A stretch of DNA of 64,000 nt from Flectonema sp. DT1601 (taxonomy: Eukaryota): assembly GCA_964019425.1 (NCBI GenBank), contig OZ025799.1, positions 434,001 to 498,000 of the forward strand. The letters run 5' to 3'. The notes under the pieces were generated by a model that had not been told where the DNA came from, ran no database searches, and was given only the letters and a program-made list of their open reading frames with translations. The translations under genes and the position numbers were made by a program. Positions 21,483-33,610 of this stretch are shown here, piece after piece; position 1 is the first letter of the stretch, and every line of letters begins with the position of its first letter.

Positions 21483-23567
21483 TTACTCGTCTATCATGTG
21501 TTTTATATTCGATTTTTCAACTTTTTTCAGAAGCGATTCGAGAACGTCAGTTGCTTCACCAGGACAGCTACCGTCAGGTCTCTGAAGTAATTTTATTAGT
21601 TTTGGAAGAGGTTTCACGATAGTAATTATCTTATCTTGGGGTCGAGATGTCGGTGCCGCTGATCCCAAATCGATGGTTAGTTTTGCTAAGATACCCTTCT
21701 TAGGATTATCTAATATGAAATTACGAAGACTCGAACTACTACTGGGAAAACCATCACCACCATAGTACGGAATAGATAACATTCCCGAACAGTTTTTTAA
21801 AACAGATTTAATATGAAAGGTTGAAGACTGATACAGCGTCTGAGCCATCAACACTACGCAAAATGTTGGGAAATTATTAAGTTTAGCAATGCTATAAGCA
21901 TCTCCAAATCTAACATCTGGGGATGTAGATTTGATAAAGAGGGATGGATCTGCTCCGTTTTTCAGCAACCATATAACAGATTCATACATCGCATTTAAGC
22001 AAGCGAACATCAAAGGCGTCGCTGGTTGGCCAAACGTAGTGAGAACTGCCGTTCCTGTTTCCTTTTTGTATGAGATTCCCTTGACAGTTTTCGTTTGTTT
22101 TAATTGAACTTTTCCATAGCTATTTACAATTGCTTTCTTTGTGTGGGTTTTACGAAGCGACAAAACAACTTCCTCCATCAGCTCAACAGATCCGTGGTAT
22201 GCTGCAGAGTATATCGTCTTTGAGATTGAAGAGACATCCGCAAGGTCTTCCTCATCTGAGAGTCGTTCTTCAACAGCGAGTGCTTGCTTTAGTCTACGTC
22301 GTTCAATCTTCTTCAAGGAGTGAGTTTTATTTTTTTTACTTATTTTGCATCCCTTAACAGCCACTGCTGCCGCCACTGCTACACAGCGAACACTTGGAAG
22401 CAACTCCTTTTCGATGAGTAGAGTTGCTCGTTTAATAGCAGCAGCATAACGGTCTGCTTCTGTTTTGATAGTTCTCTTACTTGATCGGTTGTCAGCGGCT
22501 TTGAGAGGTGTTTTAAACAGATTATGAGTGCAGTAGTGATTCCAATGAACTGATAACTCATTCACAAGAAGTGGTCCTTTATTACATTGTGAACACATCA
22601 CATTGTCAGGTACTGTAGTCTGATGGTTCCGTCTTCTCTGTGATCTCATTGAACGGCTAATACAGTTCTTACAACTGTCAAAGAAACAAAGGTCGCAATG
22701 GTGAACTCCTTTCGAAACTATTTTTTCACATCCACAATATGAACACCAAAACCTATTTGTGTACGGTGGTGGTAAACAATATAACAGTGACAGTGACTTA
22801 CCACAACCTGTGGATGGACATGTCGGTTTGAACATATCTCTCTTCCATACATCACCATCACTCCATACTATTTTATTACGTGTTGACATGTATGGGATGA
22901 CTCTTGATCCAAGAAGAGTGACTTGGTGGTTTCTTTTAATGACGCATTCCTTATTTGATAATATATTTCCATCAGCTAATCGAATGTTAATATTTGCTGT
23001 TGTGATGGCATCGATGACGCCGTGAATGTATTCGTTAGAGTGGTTGTGTTTTATGAGTACGTGATCATTTTCGATAAATGGAATTTTTGTATTCGATGCC
23101 GTCTTTGGAGATATCCATCCGTTGTGATGTTGTAATGTGTTTGTTAGATTCGATATTATGAGTGTGTTCGTTGAGGTTTCCTTGTCAATAAAATATTCTC
23201 CTATTTCAGGTTTGCTGGAAGCATCGCTGTAGACACCTCCTACTGGAATTGATTGTCTTCCCATTCTGGTTGCCTCTAGTCGTCGTTGTTGTGTTCGTTG
23301 CAGTTTTATGCGATGACCTGAACTGCTACACCATCTGCCTTCAAGTTTCTCTGATATCATAACGTCAACTGGGGTAGCTATACAAGTCACACAACTTGCA
23401 ATGATCACACAAATATCTTCTGCAATGCTATTTTGAGGAGATGGCTCGTTCTCTTTCTCTTTCATATTTTTTATTTCTACTTTAGACAGGTCAACTCCAA
23501 CTTCTTTTGCAAATTGCTCCGTCGCATCTTCAGCGAATAAATCAAATTCAGGTCCTTCATCGGTCAT
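21483..23567 (-). CDS. Hypothetical protein with Cys/His Zn-finger-like motifs and an ankyrin repeat
   Basis: The likely start is MTDEGPEF, after an A-run. It contains FWCSYC...HHCDLCFFDSCKNC, CSQC...HWNHYC and TPLMFACLNAMYESVIWLLKNGADP. Confidence 0.75.
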   Translation of the reverse strand: MTDEGPEFDLFAEDATEQFAKEVGVDLSKVEIKNMKEKENEPSPQNSIAEDICVIIASCVTCIATPVDVMISEKLEGRWCSSSGHRIKLQRTQQRRLEATRMGRQSIPVGGVYSDASSKPEIGEYFIDKETSTNTLIISNLTNTLQHHNGWISPKTASNTKIPFIENDHVLIKHNHSNEYIHGVIDAITTANINIRLADGNILSNKECVIKRNHQVTLLGSRVIPYMSTRNKIVWSDGDVWKRDMFKPTCPSTGCGKSLSLLYCLPPPYTNRFWCSYCGCEKIVSKGVHHCDLCFFDSCKNCISRSMRSQRRRNHQTTVPDNVMCSQCNKGPLLVNELSVHWNHYCTHNLFKTPLKAADNRSSKRTIKTEADRYAAAIKRATLLIEKELLPSVRCVAVAAAVAVKGCKISKKNKTHSLKKIERRRLKQALAVEERLSDEEDLADVSSISKTIYSAAYHGSVELMEEVVLSLRKTHTKKAIVNSYGKVQLKQTKTVKGISYKKETGTAVLTTFGQPATPLMFACLNAMYESVIWLLKNGADPSLFIKSTSPDVRFGDAYSIAKLNNFPTFCVVLMAQTLYQSSTFHIKSVLKNCSGMLSIPYYGGDGFPSSSSSLRNFILDNPKKGILAKLTIDLGSAAPTSRPQDKIITIVKPLPKLIKLLQRPDGSCPGEATDVLESLLKKVEKSNIKHMIDE

Positions 23568-24231
23568 GTTTTTTTTATTTTTATTTCTATTTTTTTTCCT
23601 CTCTTGTTTTGAAGAAATATAAGTAAACAACAATAAGACAGGTTCTTTTTTTTTTTTTTTTTTTTCAACTTGATTGAAAATCTCAACATCAGTCATATCA
23701 CTTCAAGTATATAAAAAAACTCTCCCACACTAAATCGGAAATGATGGAAATCGTCCGAAAAGAAAGTGAGAATGCAAACAGCAGGGACAAAATAAATACC
23801 CAAAAAGGGCATACAAAAAACTCGAAAATTCTTAACCAAATCGAATAAAGCAATCAGAGTAACCTCTTTCCGTATAAATAAATAAATAAAAAAGAAAATT
23901 TAAAAAAGATTCACAAAAAATAATCATAAAATAAAAAAAAATACCTCCTTTTAAGTGTAGTTCAGTTATCCACAATAATAATAATTATGTGGGGGAAAGA
24001 AGAAAAAAATAATAATAATGATAATAATCAGATATAAGCTAAGCAGAAAAATCGTAATTTTTTTTTTTTTTTTTTTTGCTGCTTGTGGACGAAACCCGCG
24101 AACCAACTTAAGCTGAGAAGCCAAAGCAGATTTACGTGTGCTGTCCAACATCATGTTTTTACTTTTTCTTACACACTTCTGGTTTTTCTTGTGAGCAACT
24201 GCGTACAAAACCCTAATAAAGTAACATGCTG

Positions 24232-27162
24232 TCACAAATCTTTTCCATCTTCAGTCCAGAAGTAAGGAAGCGGAGAACCCAAACGATGAAGTCGACTTAT
24301 TATTTTTATTGTTGGATCCAGGTCAAAAGGAGACATCGAAGCAACGTCACCCGATATAAAACTAGTAAATACTTCTTCGAAAAAAGGACCATAACCTTCT
24401 ATAACACTACACCTACCAGTGGAATGATATTCCAAGAGCCCTTGTTTTGATATTTGCTTTATGTCACCACAACTTGGAATGCTTCCAATAATTCTGCAAA
24501 TCACTTGTAAAGTTGCGTCTCTCGACAGTCCAGCAAATCTAAGTATTCTTTTATTCGAAACTGTTAGCGCAAAAGCATCGATATTACGAGCTAGTGTAGC
24601 CATCTGAAGGGAATAGTCCAGTGGGTCACCTGTGATAGTTTGATATTTCTTGTGTCTTCCAATAGTTTTTTCAGTCACATTTCCAGTTTGAACTCCACAA
24701 TTACTTTCAAAACCGGAATTGGCAACCGCACCGAGGAATTGAGCTGCTGATCTGTAGTGTCCTTTACAAGACTTGACAAGTCCCCAACTAAATATTAAAG
24801 TAGAGCCTACGGTATGATGAAGCATACCATCAGTAGATGACAACGATGGAGACAAAAGAGACATAATATTCAATAATTGTGGAGCACTTTGTGTGTGAAA
24901 TGCTACGGCAGCAACCGTACACAAGGTACTGGAGACTAGAGATCTTGCTCCCACGAAGGAAGAGCTTCGAGCTATGCTTCGTCTTCCCAAGGTAGACTGA
25001 GCTGGTGATATGTCCCTACCAGATGCTGATAACATCACTTGACGATCAAGGCAACAAGACATTACTTTTAATTTCCTTGCACGTAAAGCTCTCGGTAATA
25101 CTCCATAAACGACATTAGGACCAGCAATACACTCTACTATAAAAATATCAATATCCAATTCATCAACAAAAGGTAGTATTCTTTCATACACAGGAAATGA
25201 TATCAAAATCATTCCACCAGCACCACAATTTTCTAAATAAGAAGCGTAAGTAACAGTGTCTCCGTGGTAATCAATACGACCAGTGGCCTCATCAACTTCA
25301 TGAGACGCGAAGCCGCAGTTGATGCCCATCCGTACCTTCAAACCCCTCCAAATGAGCGTATTGTTCGATTCCGGGTCGTATTCAGTTAGACAAGTAACTT
25401 CATCGAGTAGAGCTGTTGGCCAATCAGCTGATATTAAACCAATTTGAGCGTTAACACAGAACTTAACGGCGTTTACAGTACTTTCAAAGGCGATTTGAAA
25501 TGCGTCTCCGATAACTTTAACTTCATACCCTTGATGTTCTGACAGCAGGGTTCTCATTAGTCGATTATGTTCGAGGAGAGCATCAGCCATGTCTGGACAA
25601 TTCTCCCACAAAGATGTACTCGATTGGATGTCGGTGAAGGCGATTGCGATGTCCCCGTCGGGTGCTGACGCGACTGATTTAGAAGAGAACAGCCCAACTG
25701 GTAAAAATGGTTTAAAATAAATCATCGAATCAAGTAACCTATGCAGTGCTGGTAACACTTCTACTTGTGGACTATCTTTAGTTGATTCTAACATAGCAGT
25801 AGTCGCATCCACATCGAAATCTGATAACTTTTCTAAACAATCTTCAACCAATTGATGACCTGCTTTGTGTGCCTCAAGGTCTGCTACTGATTGACGCATG
25901 ACGACATAAGCATCTAGTTTGTGATACGCTACATCAATTCCTTCCTTTTCAGCAATATCTGTAACGGTTAAACGAATGACTGAGTCGGGTATCTTCTTGA
26001 GAATGAATGCTGCACTTCCCATCAAGACTGAAGTCCAACTTATTATTACTACGCAACCGAGAAGTTGAACAAGAAGGGGTTCGATGTTGCCAGAAATCAA
26101 AAAACCGGAAGTGATCGAACGCTGTGGGAAGTACTGAGCCGCGCGATTGGTATTTGCGAAGAGTCCGCAAGCAACAGCAGACCAGATTCCGACCATGGAA
26201 AATATGGACAAGACTTCAAACCTATCATTAAAGTATAACGACACTTTAAAGTGTACCCCAAGTGAATAGATGGCTGCACCAACACATCCGATGAATGGAA
26301 AAAAACACAAATCAACAAGCCCAGCACACCCCTGTGCCGCAACAATCCCAGCAATTGTAACTCTAGCACTGTAGATAACAGAAGCATTGTCATTTAAAGT
26401 TTTTTCATTTAGTTGACAGATAATAATAACACCAAACAGAGCTGCTGAGAAGGCACCCAACGAGATACAACAAGTGTAGTGAACAGCTGTGAAGACATTA
26501 CCGTTGGTGGCACCATAACTTGATACACCAACCCATATTAAAAATAATCCAGCGGAGAATAATAAAATATTATGAGGAGAGGGCTCCTCTGAATGTCTAC
26601 CTCCCATTACAAGAGAAATGACACCCCCAGCTACACCACTCGAAATGTTTATAAGTGATCCGCTGCTGCTGTCCAAGAAACCGGAAGTTAGTAAAGTGCC
26701 AGAGTTATTATTTGGTGATAGAAAGCTGTAGGAACGATCTCCTTCCATCCAACATAAAAGCATTGGAAATACCAATCCAGTAAACAACGAGACTAAGATG
26801 ATATACGAAACCAGATTTATATGTTCAGCAACAGCACTTGATATAATACAACAACAAACGTTTATTTTACTGTAACTAGTAAGGAATAGTATTGCTTGTG
26901 AAATATCAGTGTCGGTTACAACATCAGGAGCACCAACTAGACTAACACAATCACCAGATCCCATATATATCCAGAATCCAATAGTAAACCAAACTACTCC
27001 GGTTATTCCAATGTCTAAAAGATTTCGTAAAGAGGTATCAACTGCGCTTGTCCACTTAACGACTCCAACCTCCAAACAATAAAAACCAGGCCTCGTCATT
27101 AACGATAAGAAATATCCCATCATCGATAGCATTATTTCCTCGGTTAAAGGTTGCAGCATCAT
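24232..27162 (-). CDS. Ammonium-transporter (Amt)-like domain fused to class III adenylate/guanylate cyclase domains, 976 aa
   Basis: The N-half is Amt-like (PGFYCLEVG, IISSAVAEH, PHNILLFSAGLFLIWVG, QLLG...AEKEGIDVAYH). The C-half has IAFTDIQSSTSLWE, GYEVKVIGDAF, GLKVRMGINCG and IDYHGDTV, then a second degenerate cyclase-like region. Confidence 0.88.
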   Translation of the reverse strand: MMLQPLTEEIMLSMMGYFLSLMTRPGFYCLEVGVVKWTSAVDTSLRNLLDIGITGVVWFTIGFWIYMGSGDCVSLVGAPDVVTDTDISQAILFLTSYSKINVCCCIISSAVAEHINLVSYIILVSLFTGLVFPMLLCWMEGDRSYSFLSPNNNSGTLLTSGFLDSSSGSLINISSGVAGGVISLVMGGRHSEEPSPHNILLFSAGLFLIWVGVSSYGATNGNVFTAVHYTCCISLGAFSAALFGVIIICQLNEKTLNDNASVIYSARVTIAGIVAAQGCAGLVDLCFFPFIGCVGAAIYSLGVHFKVSLYFNDRFEVLSIFSMVGIWSAVACGLFANTNRAAQYFPQRSITSGFLISGNIEPLLVQLLGCVVIISWTSVLMGSAAFILKKIPDSVIRLTVTDIAEKEGIDVAYHKLDAYVVMRQSVADLEAHKAGHQLVEDCLEKLSDFDVDATTAMLESTKDSPQVEVLPALHRLLDSMIYFKPFLPVGLFSSKSVASAPDGDIAIAFTDIQSSTSLWENCPDMADALLEHNRLMRTLLSEHQGYEVKVIGDAFQIAFESTVNAVKFCVNAQIGLISADWPTALLDEVTCLTEYDPESNNTLIWRGLKVRMGINCGFASHEVDEATGRIDYHGDTVTYASYLENCGAGGMILISFPVYERILPFVDELDIDIFIVECIAGPNVVYGVLPRALRARKLKVMSCCLDRQVMLSASGRDISPAQSTLGRRSIARSSSFVGARSLVSSTLCTVAAVAFHTQSAPQLLNIMSLLSPSLSSTDGMLHHTVGSTLIFSWGLVKSCKGHYRSAAQFLGAVANSGFESNCGVQTGNVTEKTIGRHKKYQTITGDPLDYSLQMATLARNIDAFALTVSNKRILRFAGLSRDATLQVICRIIGSIPSCGDIKQISKQGLLEYHSTGRCSVIEGYGPFFEEVFTSFISGDVASMSPFDLDPTIKIISRLHRLGSPLPYFWTEDGKDL

Positions 27163-28390
27163 TTATTTTATTTTTCTTTACTTTTTTTTTTTGATAAGAT
27201 AAAAGCTTACCTGTGTGTTGTGTTGTGAAAATACATTTAATCAGACTCAAAAGAACGATATAAACCTACGAAACAATCTAAGTGTCCAAAACGGAGTATC
27301 AGGTGCGTATTGGTGGGAACGGATAACTATGAAGCATATAACCGAAATGTCATAGACTAGCCGTGAATGAATTGATTTTATTTACGGCTCGGTACTTGTT
27401 ATTCTGATTTTTTTTTTTTTTTTTTTTTTTTTAACTTTAACAAATGGGCACTGACAATGAAGATTTCTTGTTTGACACAATTGGGTAGCATTTTTTTTTT
27501 GTTTTAATTTTTTTTTTTTCAAGTTCGCCAAAAAAAGTTATACACCCTCATAATATCACCTATATATACCTCAATGAAAATCTCCTCCATCTCAAAAGAA
27601 TGATATGTAGGAAGTTAGTTATTTTTTTGTTCTTAAAAAAAGTTCTTTTTTATTTTATTTTTTTATTCCTTTTTCCATAGAGAAGGGTCTTATACTTCTC
27701 ACACATTCTCTCCCCCAGTATCCGAAACAAGAAAACAAGAAAACAAGCGGAATTAAAGTACCCAAACCAGATTATTGAATACTAAAAACACTATTATAAA
27801 TACAGGGAACTTGTAATGTGGGAAGTGGCTAACTTGATAATGGCTACTAAGTGAGGATACTAACAGTTCGGGAGAAGGGTGTTTTCGTTTTTTTTGATAC
27901 AAGTTTTCGATAAGTTCACTTCGAGCAAGTTAGTACCCCAATAGAATGTAGTGATTATTTTATACCATAACAAAGGGGACTGAGGGGGCGAGGGGTGTGA
28001 GAGAGAGAGAGGGGGGGGGATCGGAGGAGGGATCAGAGGATATTTATTATTATCTAATCGATAATAACAAAAGAATGTTCTATTTTATGTAATAACCAAC
28101 CACGAGGATTGGAGTGAGTTCATCAACACTGAATTCTATTCATCAAAACAACGTATGAAATAAATAACGGGTATTTCTACCGATCAGTATCTCAAATGTA
28201 CACTATTTTTTCATTTGTTCAACAAAGTATTTACTTGTTTACAAAAGATTGTTGGTGGCTGGATCGAAAACAGGCAGTGAAGAGTGAATCAATCCTTTTT
28301 TTTTCTTTTTTTTCCCCCCTCGCCCCCCTCGAAAAAATCCCAAACTCTAACTATGTAAATCTACAAGGAAACTCTAATTTAGTGCAGACC

Positions 28391-30441
28391 TCAAACGTCT
28401 GCAGTCTCGTAGTGGCTAAAGTGACAATTTTCCCTCATCCAAACATCTTTTTGTTCACTTCGTTCTTCGGATGATGGAAGAAGTCGACAAGCAACAGCTA
28501 CAAATGCCATCAGAACTAAAAATCCAAGAATACTAGTCAGAATATATGCCCACACAGGAGTTTCTGAATCATCCGATGGTACCAAAACGGGAACAGGTGT
28601 CGTTGCTTGCGTAACCTCTTCAATAGAAAAACTAGTTTTTATGTAACTGTTTAAAGTTGATTCTCTTTCTGTAACTTGTTCACGAAGAACACTAACAACC
28701 ATCTGAACGTTACTCGCACTTAATATGAGAAAGTCGATGAGAAGATGAGTTTCATTGAGGACTTGAGTTCTATCAATAAAAACACTCGATTGGTTCACTT
28801 TTAAGATAAAAGCAATGGCAGATTGAAACCTAACTTGTAAAGCACTATCACTACGAGCCCCTCTAATAACACCCACCTGCATAAGCGGAGAGTCTATTGG
28901 ACATAATCCAGTCAGCTGTATGTAGTGGTTAAGGAATTCGTGACAGAGTCCAGATTCAAGAACGACATTCGTCACTGCGCAATCACCGCAACTTTCGTTA
29001 CAATAAAAATTAGCAACAATAGTACTTCCAACACATTGAGTTATAATGAATGAATTATTACCAACACTTCCAAGCCTTGATGAGGATTGACATGTTTCAG
29101 GTCGAAGTGGTGTCAAAGGCTCGTACAAAGCTTTGAAGTTTCTGTTATCACAATCAGCAGAGCGTCCCCTTACCAAGAGAGAAGGTTGTGTAAATCTACT
29201 ACTTAGAACTCTATCGTTATTCGATAACACTTCTTCTGCTAATAAAGTTTTGTGTGTGATTCCTCCAAAAGCAGGATTCTGAACAGCTACTTGATTCCAA
29301 ATCGTATTACTGACTAACGAAGACGTGATGTCACCTGACATAGGAGGAGCAATAATTCCTCCTCTAAGTGAATACTCACACCTAACAGCCATCGTATCAA
29401 GACAGCTTAATGGAAGTTGTCCAACATTGTTTTGTAAAGGAACACAGTTAGTTGTAGTGTCAGCAGTGGTACAGATCTCATCAAGTCGTACTTGTGATAC
29501 TAATGGTTCACTCCTCTCAAGTAGAGTGAGTAATAAGGTTTGTAGGTATTCATAATTATGTAACATCTTCGGTACAATAGTCTTCGGCAGAGTCGCACTA
29601 AATTCAATCCAAACAGAGTTCTCAACACACGTACACTGCGGCAACGACGGAACTGGCGTAGTCGGAGCATCAGTTACCACTGGCGAGTCTGTTGGCAGTA
29701 CTGGAATTAAAACAGTTAGGTTATTTATGTTACTTCCAAACACTCCAGCCGTTACTGCATTTTGCAAAAGCTGATTAAATTGTTGTTCACCGGGAATCGA
29801 AGTGGATACTTTTCCCCGAAGGGTGTAATCGCAGGGAAGTATTAAATCACTCTCAGAAACAGATACCGTTTTTGTCAATGACGGGGATCGAGTCCTTGGT
29901 GTCAAACTATAAGACGCCGTTGAAGTTCGTAGAGACTTCGTATCGGTTGAGGTCAGTGAAGGTGTTGCTGTGTACCGAACTGTTCTACTCGAAGACTCTG
30001 AAACAGAAATCGATGACGTCCTTGTCGGTACCGACAAGCTGTCTGTCACAGAAATAGAAGAAGTAACTGTAGCAGTTGGTAAACTTAACGATTCAGTAAC
30101 GGTATCGCTAGCAGTAAGGGTCCTGGTCCTTAACGTGAAAGTCTCTGTTAGTGATGAACTAATGGTTTCTGTTCTAGTTCTTAATGAAAATGTTTTTGTG
30201 TTCGTAACTGAAAGACTCATAGTAGATGTCGGTAACGTACTTGTCACCGTCGCAGTCCTCAGAGTCTCACTACTTGTACCTGTTCTCAACGTACCCGTTG
30301 ATGTTGGTGTCGAAGTTAACGTTAGTGTCAAACTCAGTGTGTCGCTTAGTGATTGTGTTTTTGTAACAACACTTTGAAGGATTTCAATATTTCTGTTTAT
30401 TACAATAGCAGCTGCAACCGTATCACTTTTTGTTAAGGATG

Positions 30442-30486
<45 letters not shown>

Positions 30487-31114
30487 TTCCTGTTCGATCT
30501 GTCGAAGTGATTGTGTCTGTGACGGTCTCCGATAAAGATTCTGTTTTACTATTCGAGAGTGATGTTGTAACAGATTGTGTGTCTGTCATCGTACTCGTCC
30601 TCAAAGTAGCTGAGAAAGATTTCGATAATGAATCTGTGAGTGATTTTGATATTGTAAGAGAAGGAGTCCACGAGAACGTTGCTGAAGCCGTAGGCTGCGT
30701 CAAACTTAAAGAACGTGTTGCGGTCATTGAGGACGTGCTTGTTTTACTCATTTCAGTTGTTTCAGTTAAAGAAACTCTTTTTAGAGTAGCAGTACTAGTC
30801 TGGGTGTTAATCGTCTCTCTAGAACTACACCAATCCAGGATGGTATTGTTTAACTGATATAAATCAAACTCTATACACATTGCATTGTTATCCCAACACA
30901 GGTCTGAAAAAACCCCTTCCTGCAGCCGGTACGTCATGGCAAAATACCCCTCAAAGTCATTTTTAAACTCTCTCGTAAAATCAGTAGGATTTTGTAGCAA
31001 TTTCAGTGTTGAAGAATCAGAAATCGTTGCAGTGAAATCGAAAACATAATCTTGAGCAACCACACATAACGGTGACAGCAATATTAGTAAAACAGCGTGC
31101 CTGAGGGATGACAT
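28391..31114 (-). CDS. Thr/Ser-rich mucin-like type I membrane glycoprotein
   Basis: Signal peptide MSSLRHAVLLILLSPLCVVA, a long T/S-rich stalk including (AT)n encoded by (GCTGTC)n at 30441-30487, Cys-containing segments and a C-terminal TM segment VWAYILTSILGFLVLMAFVAVAC. Confidence 0.85.
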
Positions 31115-33610
31115 TTTAACATCCTTATTTGGTATTACTGAAAAGGGGAAAAAATTAAAATAATCACCACCCGTCATCAACCATCAGATCAAAGGCTTCA
31201 ATTACACTCTGTGACCTACCTACAGCCTGACATGCTGTGTATGACCTAATAAAGAATAAGGTAACTTGAAACAGGCTAAAACCTCTGATTCTCACGAGAA
31301 TCTTCCATAGCCTGATCAAAGGAAAAGGTTTTCCCTACTTGGGGGTGTCCTTTTCCAAAAAAAAAGTAATCCTGAGGAAAAGTCTAATCTCCCTCTCAAC
31401 TGTCAAGTATCGCCCTGTGAATGAAAGTGGGGTTAACTGTTCGAGTTTGTACGTAAAATACAAATGTATTGTATCATAAACAACATAACGATAATTTAAC
31501 ATTAGTTCTGAGATACAGTTGACTAAAGGTAATGTTAGTGTAGGTATACACTCTGCGATTGACGTAAATACTTTACATTATAATAAATGTTTCTAACTTT
31601 GCTGCATACACATCTCTTTTTTCCGTGTTGTCATTCAGTGCAGTACGGAATCGAGTTATTCAATTTTGAATTAATCGTGAGCCCTGGGAAAATGAAAGGG
31701 GGGATCTATGTTCGATTTTGTAAAAATTACAACTGTGTTGCATCATAAACAACATAAAGATAATTTAACATTAGTTTTAAATACAGTGACTAAGGGTGAT
31801 GCGCATGTGAATTAATCGTGAGCCCTGGGAAAATGAAAGAGGGGGTTTGAAGGTTTATAACACATCATAAACCACATCACTATAAGAATATCAAGTACCT
31901 TCGTCATCTCAATCAGATTTTACTGATTGTGTTTGATCTATCTTACAATTCTTGGGCGAGGAAGAGGAAGAAATGAAAACCGTCGCAGAAGTTGGATTGC
32001 GCAAGATACTTAATACCTACTAGTCAAAACATTAATTAAATTTTGGTAAAGCGAATAAACGATGATTATAAAAATGAATACCATCGTCATAGAGTTTACC
32101 TATAAATTGTGATTTTTTGTAGTTTGCGCACTCAGACAAGGGGAGAGACATAAAAAAAATAAAAAAATAAAAAAATGGAAACAAATAATAATGTGAAAAC
32201 TGGTCACAAGATGGCATCGCGTTTTTTACCAATAACAATCCCAATCACATCACTTTGACATAATAAAAAAAGGTAATAAAGAAAAAAAAAAAAAAAAAAA
32301 TTGAAAGAAGTGAACATGGGTTTTTTTTTTTTTTTTTTTACAAATGCTGAAATAAATTATGATGGTTTCCGCAAACATTTTTTTTCATTATTGAAAAAAA
32401 GAATTGCGTAAATAAAACATGGTAAACAAAACAAAAAGTTTCCCAGTTTTTATTGAAGCCTTTAGTTTTTTTTTTTTTTTTTTCTCTTCTTCTTCTCCTA
32501 TACCGGTCTTTGAAAGAAGAGAAAAGTGAATAAACGCAACACCAGTAGTCAAGAAAAGAGGAAGAAATGCGGAGAGGAAAATATAGTAAATATGGAAGAC
32601 CCATGAAATATCAGTTTGATATCAAACTTAGATGCAGGAAGCAGGAACATCGTTTAAAAAAAAGAATAAAAAAAAAACTAAAATTAAAATTAAAATTAAA
32701 TATAAAACCTTAATACTTTACACTGACTGACAGTGCAATGACCAAAGGATAATTTTTTTCATTGTTTTATTTTTTTTTTTGTCTTTTCAACATAGTAATA
32801 ATTTAAAAAAAGAGTTATTTGCAATTAGTGAAAGCTAAAAAAACAACTGACGAAACTTCGAGAAGTGCGGCCAGCCAAGAAGCATTCAACGTTACTACAA
32901 TTCTTTTTTAAAGAAAAACAAAATGAGCTCAATATTCAATTCTTGGTTCTTAGGTGCCTGCTGCTTTATGGTTTTTTTTTTTTTTTTTTTTTGTAACCTT
33001 TCGTCTGCTCATCACATGCGAAACAAGCAATCAGACGACAATACATAACAGAAGAGAAACTGCACAAACACAGCATCTCTTTGTGTCTATAACAAAATTG
33101 TTGAAGGGAGGCTAATTCTTTTAAAGAATAATTTCTTAAAAATTCCTTTTTTTTTTTGTCTTCCACCAAACAAATGTGAAGAATGTGAAATAATTTTGAA
33201 AACACGCGACGGCACACAAATAAAACCACATCAAAACAAGTTCTCACTGTGAAATTACCATGGCCTCAGCGTGTTTCGAAAGGGGACAATGAGAAATGTG
33301 GATATCAATAACAGCGTGCTAGTAGCGGAATTCAATTGGAGTGCGGCTACAAGCAAGCGGTTGACCTCAGTACTTCATTAGCATGAGATGTTAATTAAAA
33401 AAAGTTTTTAAAAAAATGTATACTCTTCAGTTACATAGTTCGTGTTGCAGTCGTTGGCTCAGATGCAACAACCTAATTTCTATTTTTATCAAATGGCGTA
33501 CAACTAAAATGTTTTTTTTATGTGATTCATTTGCTGTTCACTTCTACCCATCGCACCGACGAAAAGTTTTAACTTCCTCTCTTTACAACTTCTTACGTTC
33601 TCTGAGCTCA

